Shown here: one piece after another, positions 9,551 to 18,896 of the stretch
How positions within the stretch are numbered: the stretch's first letter is position 1
How the letters are laid out: each line of letters opens with the position of its first letter
Virus record (IMG/VR): IMGVR_UViG_3300048854_000081
Span: 286,037 to 350,036 of that record
Length of the DNA: 64,000 nt
DNA from: a virus
Lineage: Duplodnaviria; Caudoviricetes
Reading direction: 5' to 3' (one strand)
Translations under genes and position numbers: made by a program
Notes under the pieces: model-generated
Database searches by the model: none
What the model saw: the letters and a program-made list of their open reading frames with translations, nothing else
Told to the model about the DNA's origin: nothing

Positions 9551-9632
9551 GCGTTCACAAATTTGGATTGGTAAACAGTGGGGCCATCCAAATTTTCTCC
9601 ATCCCACATCATAAATCTTTCGGAGTTTCATC

Positions 9633-10124
9633 ATGAATAAGTTCAATAAGTCCATCCTTGCTATCGCTCTTACCTTCGGCCTTGCCGGTGCTGCTGTCGC
9701 CCATGACGGTCAGTCTTCGTCACAGTCGGGTACTGTCGCTGGCGGTATCGGTGGTCAGGTTTCCGTTTACAACGGTGCCATCCTCGGTTCTTCGACCTCG
9801 GTTACCCATTCGGGTGCTCAGGCTACCACGAGCAATCAGGGTTCCGGTTCGACCGTTCAGGCTTCGCAGAACGTGACTGCTGGTGGCGCAACCGCTTCGG
9901 GTCAGGTTACTTCGGGCGGCGTGACCACGGGTACTTCGGGCTGGACCAGCACTACCGGTCAGTCGTCGGGTACGCAGTCTGGTAATGGCGTGGGTAACAC
10001 CTCATCGGGTGCTGACACCAACAGCACTGCTCAGTCGGCTGGCGTTTTCCAGAGTGGCACCATCGGTGCGACGGCTGGTTTCGAAGCTTTCGAAGCTGTG
10101 ACTGGTGCCAAGAGCGGTCGCTAA
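9633..10124 (+). CDS. secreted low-complexity Gly/Ser/Thr/Gln-rich protein (amyloid/curlin-like candidate)
   Basis: Sec signal peptide ending AVA; mature part nearly uncharged, no Pro or Cys. Confidence 0.7.
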   Translation: MNKFNKSILAIALTFGLAGAAVAHDGQSSSQSGTVAGGIGGQVSVYNGAILGSSTSVTHSGAQATTSNQGSGSTVQASQNVTAGGATASGQVTSGGVTTGTSGWTSTTGQSSGTQSGNGVGNTSSGADTNSTAQSAGVFQSGTIGATAGFEAFEAVTGAKSGR

Positions 10125-10203
10125 TCTTAGCGATTGACAATGATGGTGGGGTCACCTGACCCCACCATGTTCTAAACTCACACCAAACCACAGGGGTTTC
10201 ACA

Positions 10204-10812
10204 ATGAATCTTAAGAATTTTCTCATTAGCATGGTCCTCATGTTCCTAGTTAGCATGACTGCACACGCTGGTGATACAAACGTAAACAGTTCCGTTGACA
10301 GCAAGTCCTCGTCGCAGGTCGAAACCAACTCGCAGTCCGGTTCGTACAATGGTGGTAACAACATCATCACCAACAATCCCGGCACTGTTGATTATAAGGG
10401 TGGCTTTACGCAGCGTAACGTTCCATCCATGTCGATGGGTTCGTTCGGTAATAGCTTCTCAAGCAACTACTGTAGCGGTACCGCACAGGCTACGGTTGGC
10501 GTTGCAGGCTTCGGTGGCGGCGTTGGTTATCAGAAGCTTGACGAAGGCTGTCAGCTACTACAGGCTTCCGATATGCTGATGCGTATGGCTTCCACCTACC
10601 GTGCACAGGCCAACTCCCAGTGGGAATTCGCTAAGCAGTTCAATGGTACGGATGCGGCCAAGACGGTTGCTCAGGTTTCCCGCGATGCTTCATTCGCAAG
10701 TGCACTGAAGGCTGATCGCCTAGAGAGTGCCGCAGTCAACAACGTATGTTCGATCAGCGATAAGATTCTGAAGAACATGGTTGCGGCTGGCCTTGATTGC
10801 CCCAAGCAATAA
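10204..10812 (+). CDS. secreted protein with four Cys
   Basis: Signal peptide ending AHA; S/N-rich N-terminus; NVPS..CSG...GVAGFGGGVG....DEGC motif. Confidence 0.75.
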   Translation: MNLKNFLISMVLMFLVSMTAHAGDTNVNSSVDSKSSSQVETNSQSGSYNGGNNIITNNPGTVDYKGGFTQRNVPSMSMGSFGNSFSSNYCSGTAQATVGVAGFGGGVGYQKLDEGCQLLQASDMLMRMASTYRAQANSQWEFAKQFNGTDAAKTVAQVSRDASFASALKADRLESAAVNNVCSISDKILKNMVAAGLDCPKQ

Positions 10813-10832
10813 AAACCAAGTTGTGATACACT

Positions 10833-10859
10833 AATGCGGTCCTTCGGGGCCGCATTTTT
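10833..10859 (+). terminator. intrinsic terminator
   Basis: AATGCGGTCC-ttcg-GGGCCGCATTTTT. Confidence 0.8.
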
Positions 10860-10874
10860 ATTTGAGAGGATCAC

Positions 10875-11066
10875 ATGAACATTTGCACACTTAGCGGAAA
10901 GAATGCTTACGAAACTGAGGACGATGCCATCCGAGCTAGCCAATGGAGTAGAACGCTACAGGAATCCGACATCTTTGATGTTAAACCACCACTCCGAGTT
11001 TATAACTGTAATTGGTGCTATAAATGGCATCTGACTTCCAAGGCCAAGCCAAAGGTCAAGGGATGA
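10875..11066 (+). CDS. small Zn-binding protein
   Basis: C..SGK..Y.T...A; RVYNCNWC..WHLTS; RBS GAGGA. Confidence 0.7.
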   Translation: MNICTLSGKNAYETEDDAIRASQWSRTLQESDIFDVKPPLRVYNCNWCYKWHLTSKAKPKVKG

Positions 11067-11398
11067 CTAAAGTAGTTCACTGTAACAAAGAACGCTACGA
11101 CGTAATGATTGATCGCACAACTAAGTGGGGCAATCCCTACCATGCTGAGTATCGATTGACTAAGGATGATGCAGAATATTTGGGTTCTGTTCAACGTGAA
11201 GGTGGTACACTCACGCGATCTGAAAGAATTGCATTATACGAGAACTATCTTCGTAACAATACTGAGTTGTTTAGTCAGATTGAAGAACTCCGTGGCAAGA
11301 CACTTGGGTGTTGGTGTAAACCTGAAAAGAAATGTCATGGTGATATCATCGTCAAGCTTCTCAAGGAAAAAGAATTTAACGAATTGTTTGGAAACTAA
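11063..11398 (+). CDS. DUF4326-like protein
   Basis: VVHC..YDV.IDR.TKWGNP...ELRGKTLGCWCKP..CHGD. Confidence 0.8.
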   Translation: MTKVVHCNKERYDVMIDRTTKWGNPYHAEYRLTKDDAEYLGSVQREGGTLTRSERIALYENYLRNNTELFSQIEELRGKTLGCWCKPEKKCHGDIIVKLLKEKEFNELFGN

Positions 11399-11413
11399 TA
11401 TAAGGATAATGAC

Positions 11414-12448
11414 ATGTTTACTGACAAACTACTAACACGAGACGAATTCCGCGAAAAAGTTTTTGCGCGGGATGGTCATAAGTGTGTCTTTTGCGGTAAG
11501 CCTGCCGTAGATGCACACCACATTCTAGAACGTCGCCTGTGGGGAGAATCCCAAGGATATTACCTGTCCAATGGCGCTTCAGTCTGTGAAGAGCACCATA
11601 TCATGTGCGAGACCACGGAACTATCTGTCGAAGATGTTCGTCAGGCTTGCAAGATCGAGAAGTTCGTTATCCCTGATCATCTGTACGATGGTCATATCTA
11701 TGATAAGTGGGGTAACTTGATTCTAGACAATGGTCAACGAATGAAGGGTGAACTTTTTAATGATGAAAGCGTACAGAAGATTCTCAAGAAAGGTGGCAAG
11801 CTTGGTCTGTTCACTGATTACGTAAAGTATCCTCGTTCGTATCACCTCCCATGGAGTGAAGGTATGACCGATGATGATCGTATGCATAAGGATATGTCCT
11901 TCTTTGAAGGAAAGCGTGTCATCGTTACTAAAAAGATGGATGGTGAGAATACCTCAATGTATCGTGACTATTATCATGCACGTAGCATAGATGGTCGAAC
12001 TCATCCAAGTCGTTCGTGGGCTAAGCAGTTCCACTCACAAATTTGTGGAGAAATCCCCGAAGGATGGAGAGTGTGTGCAGAGAATCTTTACGCTAAACAT
12101 TCGATTGCTTACACTGATCTGAAATCTTTCGTCTATGGCTTCTCGATTTGGGACAATACTAACTTTTGTCTAGATTGGGACACCACCATGGAATGGTTCG
12201 AACTCCTTGGCGTGGTTCCGGTTGAGGTTATTTACGATGGCATCTATGATGAAAAGCTTATCAAAGCCCTATGGGATAAGAGTAAGTATGATCATATGGA
12301 AGGCTACGTGATGCGTACAGCGGAAGGATTCTCTTACAAAGATTTTAAGAAGTGCTTAGGTAAGTTTGTACGTCCCAACCATGTCGCCACGGCAAAACAT
12401 TGGATGTACGGTCAAGCAGTTGAACCAAACAAATTGGAAAGTAAATGA
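11414..12448 (+). CDS. HNH domain - RNA ligase fusion
   Basis: N-terminal CVFC..DAHH..N...VCEEHH; C-terminal KYPRS.HLPWS, KMDGEN, EGYV.R, KFVR. Confidence 0.8.
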   Translation: MFTDKLLTRDEFREKVFARDGHKCVFCGKPAVDAHHILERRLWGESQGYYLSNGASVCEEHHIMCETTELSVEDVRQACKIEKFVIPDHLYDGHIYDKWGNLILDNGQRMKGELFNDESVQKILKKGGKLGLFTDYVKYPRSYHLPWSEGMTDDDRMHKDMSFFEGKRVIVTKKMDGENTSMYRDYYHARSIDGRTHPSRSWAKQFHSQICGEIPEGWRVCAENLYAKHSIAYTDLKSFVYGFSIWDNTNFCLDWDTTMEWFELLGVVPVEVIYDGIYDEKLIKALWDKSKYDHMEGYVMRTAEGFSYKDFKKCLGKFVRPNHVATAKHWMYGQAVEPNKLESK

Positions 12449-13059
12449 TTCATATAAGTAACGATATCTATCTTGGTACGCTCTTGGAAGGGATTCCATA
12501 CAAGTTGCGTTACCTTGTTAATCGACCAAAGAATTTCTATAGAGTAATGGAAGACTCTATAGTTCTTCATAATTATGAAGGTTGGCATGAGCTTAGCCCT
12601 AACCTGACCACATTTGCATTACAAAACCTTTTCCTACATGATATAAGTCATGCGGTTCTGTACCATTTGCGTGATGAGAACAAGAAATTGTTCAAGAATG
12701 ACTTTGGTTTGTCATGGAAACATGTTAAAAAGATTGAAGGCGATCACTCTCATTTCAAGCATGAACAAGAACGATTGGATGAATATACCATCATCACGAT
12801 TCATGATGTGTTGGCACGGTCGATCAAGAAGAAAGCGCCATTGACACGTGATCGAGCGCAGCGCAGTAACTATATCGTTTCTGGTTATGTTTGGCATACT
12901 GCGGATACTCATACTCAAAAGGGTGAGCATCGCAAGAATGTCTTAAAGCATAAGAAAAACGAAGTGTATTCAGCAGTTGATTTTGTTTATGATCATGGCC
13001 TAGACACTATTCGCGATACGGCTAGATCACTGGTTAAGTATCTGAAGGATAATATGTAA
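12445..13059 (+). CDS. hypothetical protein
   Basis: ATGA-coupled ORF; HDISH motif. Confidence 0.6.
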   Translation: MIHISNDIYLGTLLEGIPYKLRYLVNRPKNFYRVMEDSIVLHNYEGWHELSPNLTTFALQNLFLHDISHAVLYHLRDENKKLFKNDFGLSWKHVKKIEGDHSHFKHEQERLDEYTIITIHDVLARSIKKKAPLTRDRAQRSNYIVSGYVWHTADTHTQKGEHRKNVLKHKKNEVYSAVDFVYDHGLDTIRDTARSLVKYLKDNM

Positions 13060-13397
13060 TGAATTTCAGAGCAATTACGCCAGAGCTTATAGAACAGCTA
13101 CAATCGATCAAGAAATGTGAAGACGATTGGGATGGTGATGGTGCAGTCAAACCCAAGCATGATCATGTTGATAAGATTATCGAAGTAATCACTACGGTTC
13201 CTTTTGATGTGGATAAGTTTCACGTCATGCTTGCAAGAGACGGTGAGGTCGGTGTTTATCATTCAAGTAATGATAACTATTTAGAAATCGCTATTGATCA
13301 CAATGATGATCGTGTCGTTGTCTATAGCCGAAACTTCAATAATGAACATGGTCAAATGTATCATTTAATACCATATACAGATTTACCAACGGCTTGA
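13059..13397 (+). CDS. hypothetical protein
   Basis: TAATG coupling; DWDGDGA motif. Confidence 0.65.
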   Translation: MNFRAITPELIEQLQSIKKCEDDWDGDGAVKPKHDHVDKIIEVITTVPFDVDKFHVMLARDGEVGVYHSSNDNYLEIAIDHNDDRVVVYSRNFNNEHGQMYHLIPYTDLPTA

Positions 13398-13449
13398 CGT
13401 TGAAATCAATTTCAAGTATGATGTAATCCTACATCGGGGAGGGAACATC

Positions 13450-13686
13450 ATGGCGTACAGAGAAATCACAGTTAACAACAAGACTTATCAGTACGTTGTC
13501 GGTCGTGATGTCACCAAGATCAAAGGATTTGGTATCTTCCGTAACTATGAATGGGCCTTCACCCGAAACAAAGATCGCAGTGACTACACAGTCACACCAT
13601 GGCATGTTGAGGGAATGATCCTAGGAATTCAGCGTCAGGATCGATCCCCGAATCCATGCATAACAGAATGTATCAATACTTGGTAA
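13450..13686 (+). CDS. hypothetical protein
   Basis: Strong RBS GGAGG; promoter upstream. Confidence 0.65.
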   Translation: MAYREITVNNKTYQYVVGRDVTKIKGFGIFRNYEWAFTRNKDRSDYTVTPWHVEGMILGIQRQDRSPNPCITECINTW

Positions 13687-13698
13687 TAAGGAGGGAGT

Positions 13699-14874
13699 AT
13701 GCAAATTTTTTCAGTAGGCGGCTCCGTCCGCGATGCGTTGATGGGTCTGGTTCCTCATGACCATGACTACCTTGTAGTCGGTTCTACGCCAGCAGAAATG
13801 GAAGCACAAGGCTTCACACAGGTCGGTAAGGACTTCCCGGTCTACCTGCACCCTGTCACAGGCGAAGAGTACGCGTTGGCCCGTGTGGAGCGTAAGGCGG
13901 GTCTGAAGCACACTGATTTTGAGACTCTGTTCGACTCTTCGGTAACCATTGAGGAAGACTTGCGTCGTCGTGACTTGACGATCAACGCTATCGCCATCCC
14001 GCATAGCTTTGAAGGCGAGCCAGTAGACCCGTATGGTGGTCTGGACGACATCAAGAACAAGGTTCTGCGTCATGTATCGGAAGCGTTCTCGGAAGACCCG
14101 CTGCGCGTTCTGAGGCTGGCTCGATTCACCTGTAAGTTTCCTGATTTTACTGTGTCTCCGGAAACGGCTGAACTGTGCCGGAAGATGGCTTACGCTGGTG
14201 AACTGGATCATCTGACACGTGAGCGTGTGTTCGAAGAAACGAAGAAGGCTTTCATTTCTAAGAATTCGTCGCGTTACTTGTCGAGTCTGTTAGAATTCGG
14301 TGCCAGCATGGTTCTGTGGGAAGACATTTCGGTAAATGATTCGGAATACCTTGAGAGTTTTGATTTAGTTGAAGAATTCGGCGATGATTTCACTGAGGAA
14401 GAATTGGTGATGATCAAGTTTGCTGTGATGTTCTTTCCATCCCATCAATCGAAGGTTGAATCTGAAGACGGTATGAAGAGGCTGAAGTTGCCTGTCGATT
14501 ACGCACAGTTTGCATCGGATTGCATTATGTTTGCTGAGTTAGAGCAAGCCTTGTTCGATATGGATGCCGAATGTGTTATGAAATTGATGAGCAAGTTCAA
14601 CATCGATAGTCGTCTAATGAAGAATCCTAACTGGCTGAACCTGTTGTACTTCACGTACAATATCATTACCCGTAAAGATAATGGTCTGCCAACTCATTTG
14701 ATTCGCGAATTCATGGAACATTTCAGAACCTTTAACGATGATGTCAAGGCGATGGACAAAGAGACAATGACCGGTAAGGAAATCGGTGAAAAGGTTAGCG
14801 AAATCAAACGTAAGAAGATCAATGAATTCTTGCACATAATCAAGACATTTTTTCATGGAAGTGATTATGACTAA
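13699..14874 (+). CDS. cca: tRNA nucleotidyltransferase (class II CCA-adding enzyme)
   Basis: VGGSVRD, DHD, VGKDFPVYLHP..GEEYALAR.ERK, DLRRRDLTINA, EDPLRVLR.ARF. Confidence 0.92.
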   Translation: MQIFSVGGSVRDALMGLVPHDHDYLVVGSTPAEMEAQGFTQVGKDFPVYLHPVTGEEYALARVERKAGLKHTDFETLFDSSVTIEEDLRRRDLTINAIAIPHSFEGEPVDPYGGLDDIKNKVLRHVSEAFSEDPLRVLRLARFTCKFPDFTVSPETAELCRKMAYAGELDHLTRERVFEETKKAFISKNSSRYLSSLLEFGASMVLWEDISVNDSEYLESFDLVEEFGDDFTEEELVMIKFAVMFFPSHQSKVESEDGMKRLKLPVDYAQFASDCIMFAELEQALFDMDAECVMKLMSKFNIDSRLMKNPNWLNLLYFTYNIITRKDNGLPTHLIREFMEHFRTFNDDVKAMDKETMTGKEIGEKVSEIKRKKINEFLHIIKTFFHGSDYD

Positions 14875-15451
14875 GGCTGTTGTTTTTGATGCTTACGGTA
14901 CTATCGTTAAGATTGCTAAGAGAACTCATCCTTACAAGCAATTGAAGAGCTTGGCCGGAGTGAGTGGATTTGATATTAATCCACTGACTTCTTCCATTAC
15001 CTTTGAAGAATGTGCTGAACTGTTGGGTGTCCATCTACTCTCTACCAAACTGCTTAAGGATTTGGAAAAGGAAATCAAGGCTGTCAAGGAATTCCCTGAA
15101 GTCATGGGTGTCCTTGATATCCTAAGATCACGTGGTAAGAAGCTAGTTGTATGTTCTAACCTTGCCCAGCCTTACGCTCAACCTATCATTGATATTTTTG
15201 GTGACAAGTTTGATCATTACGTTTGGAGTTTTGAGGTTGGGTACAGCAAACCGCAGAAGGAAATCTACGAAGCAGTAGAAGCACGACTTGGTATGAGTGG
15301 CAAGGACATTCATATGGTTGGAGACACATACAAAGCCGATGTTGAAGGTCCACGAGAGTTAGGTTGGACCTCAACTTTGCTTGACAGAACAGGTAAAAGC
15401 CCGTACTATTCTATTTCAAGACTAAACTCTCTTTTTCTGGATATCAAATAA
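14867..15451 (+). CDS. HAD-family hydrolase
   Basis: FDAYGT, CSN, SKP, VGDTYKAD. Confidence 0.85.
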   Translation: MTKAVVFDAYGTIVKIAKRTHPYKQLKSLAGVSGFDINPLTSSITFEECAELLGVHLLSTKLLKDLEKEIKAVKEFPEVMGVLDILRSRGKKLVVCSNLAQPYAQPIIDIFGDKFDHYVWSFEVGYSKPQKEIYEAVEARLGMSGKDIHMVGDTYKADVEGPRELGWTSTLLDRTGKSPYYSISRLNSLFLDIK

Positions 15452-15452
15452 T

Positions 15453-15680
15453 ATGTCACTCACTACATTTTTAGAACTGGTAATTGGACTTTATGTGGTG
15501 GGTATGTTAGGTATTCTCATTATTCTCTTTACTGCCGCCATTATCGGAAGAGCAGCGCGTAAATGCTTTCCACTGTTTCATAAGTGGAAAAGTTATGCAA
15601 CCCACGAAGAGGGTGATGAGTGTATGATTATGTACAAAGTATGTGAGAAGTGCAAAGCCACCAGATCACACATGTGTTAA
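15453..15680 (+). CDS. small membrane protein
   Basis: Hydrophobic N-terminus, C/H-rich C-terminus. Confidence 0.55.
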   Translation: MSLTTFLELVIGLYVVGMLGILIILFTAAIIGRAARKCFPLFHKWKSYATHEEGDECMIMYKVCEKCKATRSHMC

Positions 15681-15689
15681 GGAATTAAT

Positions 15690-16109
15690 ATGTCAAAGAC
15701 TATTTCAGCGGGAATCATTGTTAAAGTTGGAAACCGCTATGTGGTAGGTCATGCCACAGGACAGTCCCATTTTGATATTTTTAAGGGTCGTCAGGAAGTA
15801 GGTGAAACCTATATCGAGACTGCCCTACGTGAATGTTTCGAAGAATCGAATCTACAATTCAAGGCGGAAGACCTTACCTTTCTTGGTAAGCATATCTACA
15901 CCAAGAAGAAAGATTTGGCATTGTTCATCATCGAAGTTAACGAGGTTGCCATGAGCGATCTACGTTGCTGGACGCATCTGGATAATGGTAGTTTTGAAAT
16001 GGATTATTATGCAACCTTTGAATTTGATGAAATGATTCAGAAGGTTGGTTCTAGCATGGGTAAGCTACTTGCTAGCCTGAGGGCAGAAATCGAGGGGACA
16101 GTAGTATGA
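15690..16109 (+). CDS. Nudix hydrolase
   Basis: KG.QEVGE...ETALRECFEES Nudix box. Confidence 0.85.
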   Translation: MSKTISAGIIVKVGNRYVVGHATGQSHFDIFKGRQEVGETYIETALRECFEESNLQFKAEDLTFLGKHIYTKKKDLALFIIEVNEVAMSDLRCWTHLDNGSFEMDYYATFEFDEMIQKVGSSMGKLLASLRAEIEGTVV

Positions 16110-16324
16110 TCTTCACAGTCAATGCTATTTTAGCTAGTATCGTAACACTGCTCAGCATTGTTGTTACATGTCTCAGTGCTGTGCGCTTTGTTCGCACTAG
16201 TTGGGCTAAAGATCGCTGGGGAGTTCCGCTCTCCCTTTGCCTGTTCATGGGATGCTTATTCGTAAGCATGTTCTTCGTGACGCTACTACCATACATGTAT
16301 GAAATCGCCAGAACGCACGCATGA
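16106..16324 (+). CDS. small two-TM membrane protein
   Basis: ATGA coupling on both sides; hydrophobic. Confidence 0.55.
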   Translation: MIFTVNAILASIVTLLSIVVTCLSAVRFVRTSWAKDRWGVPLSLCLFMGCLFVSMFFVTLLPYMYEIARTHA

Positions 16325-16782
16325 AGACCATTTACCTATTTTTAGATTTTGATGGTGTCCTTCAGGTGTTCTTTCCTTCAGATGATTACACTGATGAAGA
16401 AAATGACTACTTCGCATTCGCAAAGAATGTGGAGAAGGTTATCGTAGAATATGAAGACAAGTTGGATATCAAAATTGTACTTTCCACCTCGTGGAGATAC
16501 AGTCATACACTTGACCGACTCAAAGCGTATCTTCCTAAGGGATTAGCGGATAAGGTCATTGGTGTGACACCTATGGAAGATGATAAGAAACCTCGTTATA
16601 CATTTCCTCGTGAGGATGAGTGTCGTCAGTTCATGGTAGAGAATAATTTCACAGGTCCGTGGTTGGCCTTGGATGACTGTCCGGATATGTTCTATACAAT
16701 GGAAAATGTATTTTATTGTCCTAACCATTTCAGGGAACCAGAAGCAGATAGGCTTCGGAAATCCCTAGACAAATTTATTTAA
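16321..16782 (+). CDS. HAD-domain protein (Swiss-army-knife RNA repair HAD-like)
   Basis: FLDFDGVL, IVLSTSWR, REDE, WLALDD. Confidence 0.8.
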   Translation: MKTIYLFLDFDGVLQVFFPSDDYTDEENDYFAFAKNVEKVIVEYEDKLDIKIVLSTSWRYSHTLDRLKAYLPKGLADKVIGVTPMEDDKKPRYTFPREDECRQFMVENNFTGPWLALDDCPDMFYTMENVFYCPNHFREPEADRLRKSLDKFI

Positions 16783-16795
16783 TTTAAGGTGTGTA

Positions 16796-17683
16796 ATGGG
16801 TATTGTTAAAGAAGCTTTTGTCGAGGGTAGAGAGACTACCGTCGATTGGGATGCCAGCAAGGCAAAGAAAGATCAGACACGTCTAGACGTATTTTCTCAT
16901 AACGTTGATAACTTTAACGGTCGCAAGTATGGTGAGAAAATTGCACTGGAACGGATTGATCCACAAACTGGTAAGGCCGTAGATTATTTTTCTTCTAGAC
17001 TAGAAGCGGCTAAGTGGGTCGTCACGAATGTCTTGAAGATGACCAGCGATCCAGATAACAAGAAAGCTTTAATGATTACCGGTAACATGCATATGTGTAT
17101 GATTAGTGGTTTCAAAGCTTATGGATCATATTGGAAATACGTTAATAAGAAAGCGTTTTTGGATAACGTAGTTAAGAAGTCTGCTAAATTAAAGAGTAAA
17201 TTGGTTTGGGTGTTGGATGAATCTAAATCCAATACCAGTGGAGTGGCAGAAAACGTTCATGCTTCCATTGCTGAAGCATCCAAAGCGATTGGCGTACCGT
17301 CATCCACCATTCGTGATTCACTCAAGTCACCACGTAAGTATGGAAAGTACATCGTTATGGAATACAATCCAACTGTCAAAGTAATGACATTCAAAAGTGC
17401 AGCAGAAGCAGCAAGAACTTTTGGAATGATTCAGAGAAAGATGGACAGAATCATTGATACTGGTAAACTTATCAATAACATTAAGATTAAAACTCTCCTA
17501 GCGAAAACTAAGACAGTTTATCAGGTGCTTGGTGATCGTGGTAAGATCATTGGTGAGTTTGATACTAAGAGTGCTGTAGCAGCAGCTTACAAAGTAAGCA
17601 AATATAAGATTGATCGGGCATTAGCTGGTGAAGTAAAAATCTATGGCGTCCACCGCGTTATTTCTAAACAAAAGCGAGTATGA
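16796..17683 (+). CDS. basic DNA-binding protein with repeated NUMOD1/HTH-like modules
   Basis: Repeated F.S..EAA-type motifs (FSSRLEAA, HASIAEAS, FKSAAEAA, FDTKSAVA); no nuclease motif seen. Confidence 0.55.
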   Translation: MGIVKEAFVEGRETTVDWDASKAKKDQTRLDVFSHNVDNFNGRKYGEKIALERIDPQTGKAVDYFSSRLEAAKWVVTNVLKMTSDPDNKKALMITGNMHMCMISGFKAYGSYWKYVNKKAFLDNVVKKSAKLKSKLVWVLDESKSNTSGVAENVHASIAEASKAIGVPSSTIRDSLKSPRKYGKYIVMEYNPTVKVMTFKSAAEAARTFGMIQRKMDRIIDTGKLINNIKIKTLLAKTKTVYQVLGDRGKIIGEFDTKSAVAAAYKVSKYKIDRALAGEVKIYGVHRVISKQKRV

Positions 17684-17713
17684 AAAAAGCCCCTTTCGGG
17701 GGCTTTCTTTTTT
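17683..17713. terminator. bidirectional terminator
   Basis: AAAGCCCC-tttc-GGGGGCTTT. Confidence 0.75.
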
Positions 17714-17716
17714 AGG

Positions 17717-18484
17717 TCATAGACCAGCTTCTTCCATGGCACAAATCCAAGATTTAACAAATGGACTTCTTACAATGTCGTTCTTGGTAAATGTAATAAC
17801 ATCAAATTCCTTCATAAAACTTACAACTCTTAGGAAGTCTTTGAAACCACTGGATTCGCCACGCTTACCAATCAAGTCATTTTGGTTATAATCACCGCAG
17901 ACGATGATTCTTGAATTGGTGCCTAGACGGGTGATTACCGAATTGATTTCGTGTAACGTTAAGTTCTGTGCCTCATCGATGATGATAACAGCGTTGTCCC
18001 AAGTCGAGCCACGGACGAACGAGGTTGGCATAAACTTAACCTTACCAGCTTCTTTCAAATCATCATACGAACTAGATTTACCTAGCAAATCATGCATGAT
18101 GTCCTTATATGGGGTTTCGAATGGTTCCAACTTCTCTTCAGCGGTACCCGGCAAGAAACCAATATCACGAGAAGCAACCGCGCTTCTAACTAGAATGATG
18201 TGGTCTTCTTGGAAGTCCTTAGAGAGAATGGTATTAAGGCCGAGCCACAAAGCAAGGAAAGTCTTGCCTGTACCAGCCGACCCATCGGCTACAATATGAT
18301 TGTCCATATGATACGATTCGATCAATGAACGTTGCGCTTCGGTGAGAGGTTTAATGGTCTTGATATCCAAGACGGACCATGTTTTCTTTCGTGGGCCTTG
18401 AGTGATAGCGACAACGTTGTTTGTGTTGACTGCTAATTCGTATCTTTCTGCTCTGGTCTTTCTCTTTGAAGCTTTCTTAGCCAT
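17717..18484 (-). CDS. phoH: PhoH-like ATPase
   Basis: GSAGTGKT, IGFLPG..EEK, RGSTW, DEAQN, GD..Q.D, DIVRS. Confidence 0.93.
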   Translation of the reverse strand: MAKKASKRKTRAERYELAVNTNNVVAITQGPRKKTWSVLDIKTIKPLTEAQRSLIESYHMDNHIVADGSAGTGKTFLALWLGLNTILSKDFQEDHIILVRSAVASRDIGFLPGTAEEKLEPFETPYKDIMHDLLGKSSSYDDLKEAGKVKFMPTSFVRGSTWDNAVIIIDEAQNLTLHEINSVITRLGTNSRIIVCGDYNQNDLIGKRGESSGFKDFLRVVSFMKEFDVITFTKNDIVRSPFVKSWICAMEEAGL

Positions 18485-18576
18485 ATAATGTTAACTCCTA
18501 AAATTCATTGTATTTGTTATGGTCTTTGGTTTATAACGAAGGAATTTTTAGATTACATAACCCACCCCCAAGTCGA

Positions 18577-18605
18577 TTGACTTATCCTGAGTGGACATAT
18601 ATAAT
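18577..18605 (+). promoter_or_regulatory. sigma70-like promoter
   Basis: TTGACT-N17-TATAAT. Confidence 0.7.
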
Positions 18606-18701
18606 CTTGTAGTTAAATTATATTGTTTAAAAAGAACTGTTAGCAAAAGATAACCTTTCGGATTCAATATTATTTATATAACGAATTATGGAAAACTAGA
18701 A

Positions 18702-18896
18702 ATGTCAGTAAAAACCTATGTTTACGAAGGAAAGGAAGTTGTGATGACAGGAAGAACCGCATCAAAAACTCTCCGTTCTGGTAAGATAAGTATCATCTAC
18801 GAGATTCGCCCAGCCAACGTTCCAGCAGACCAGACCATGTATAATCAATGGGTTGCAAAGGATGAAGTATTTGAAGTGGATGCTGTACCTCTATGA
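18702..18896 (+). CDS. hypothetical protein
   Basis: RBS; ATGA-coupled to DHFR. Confidence 0.65.
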   Translation: MSVKTYVYEGKEVVMTGRTASKTLRSGKISIIYEIRPANVPADQTMYNQWVAKDEVFEVDAVPL

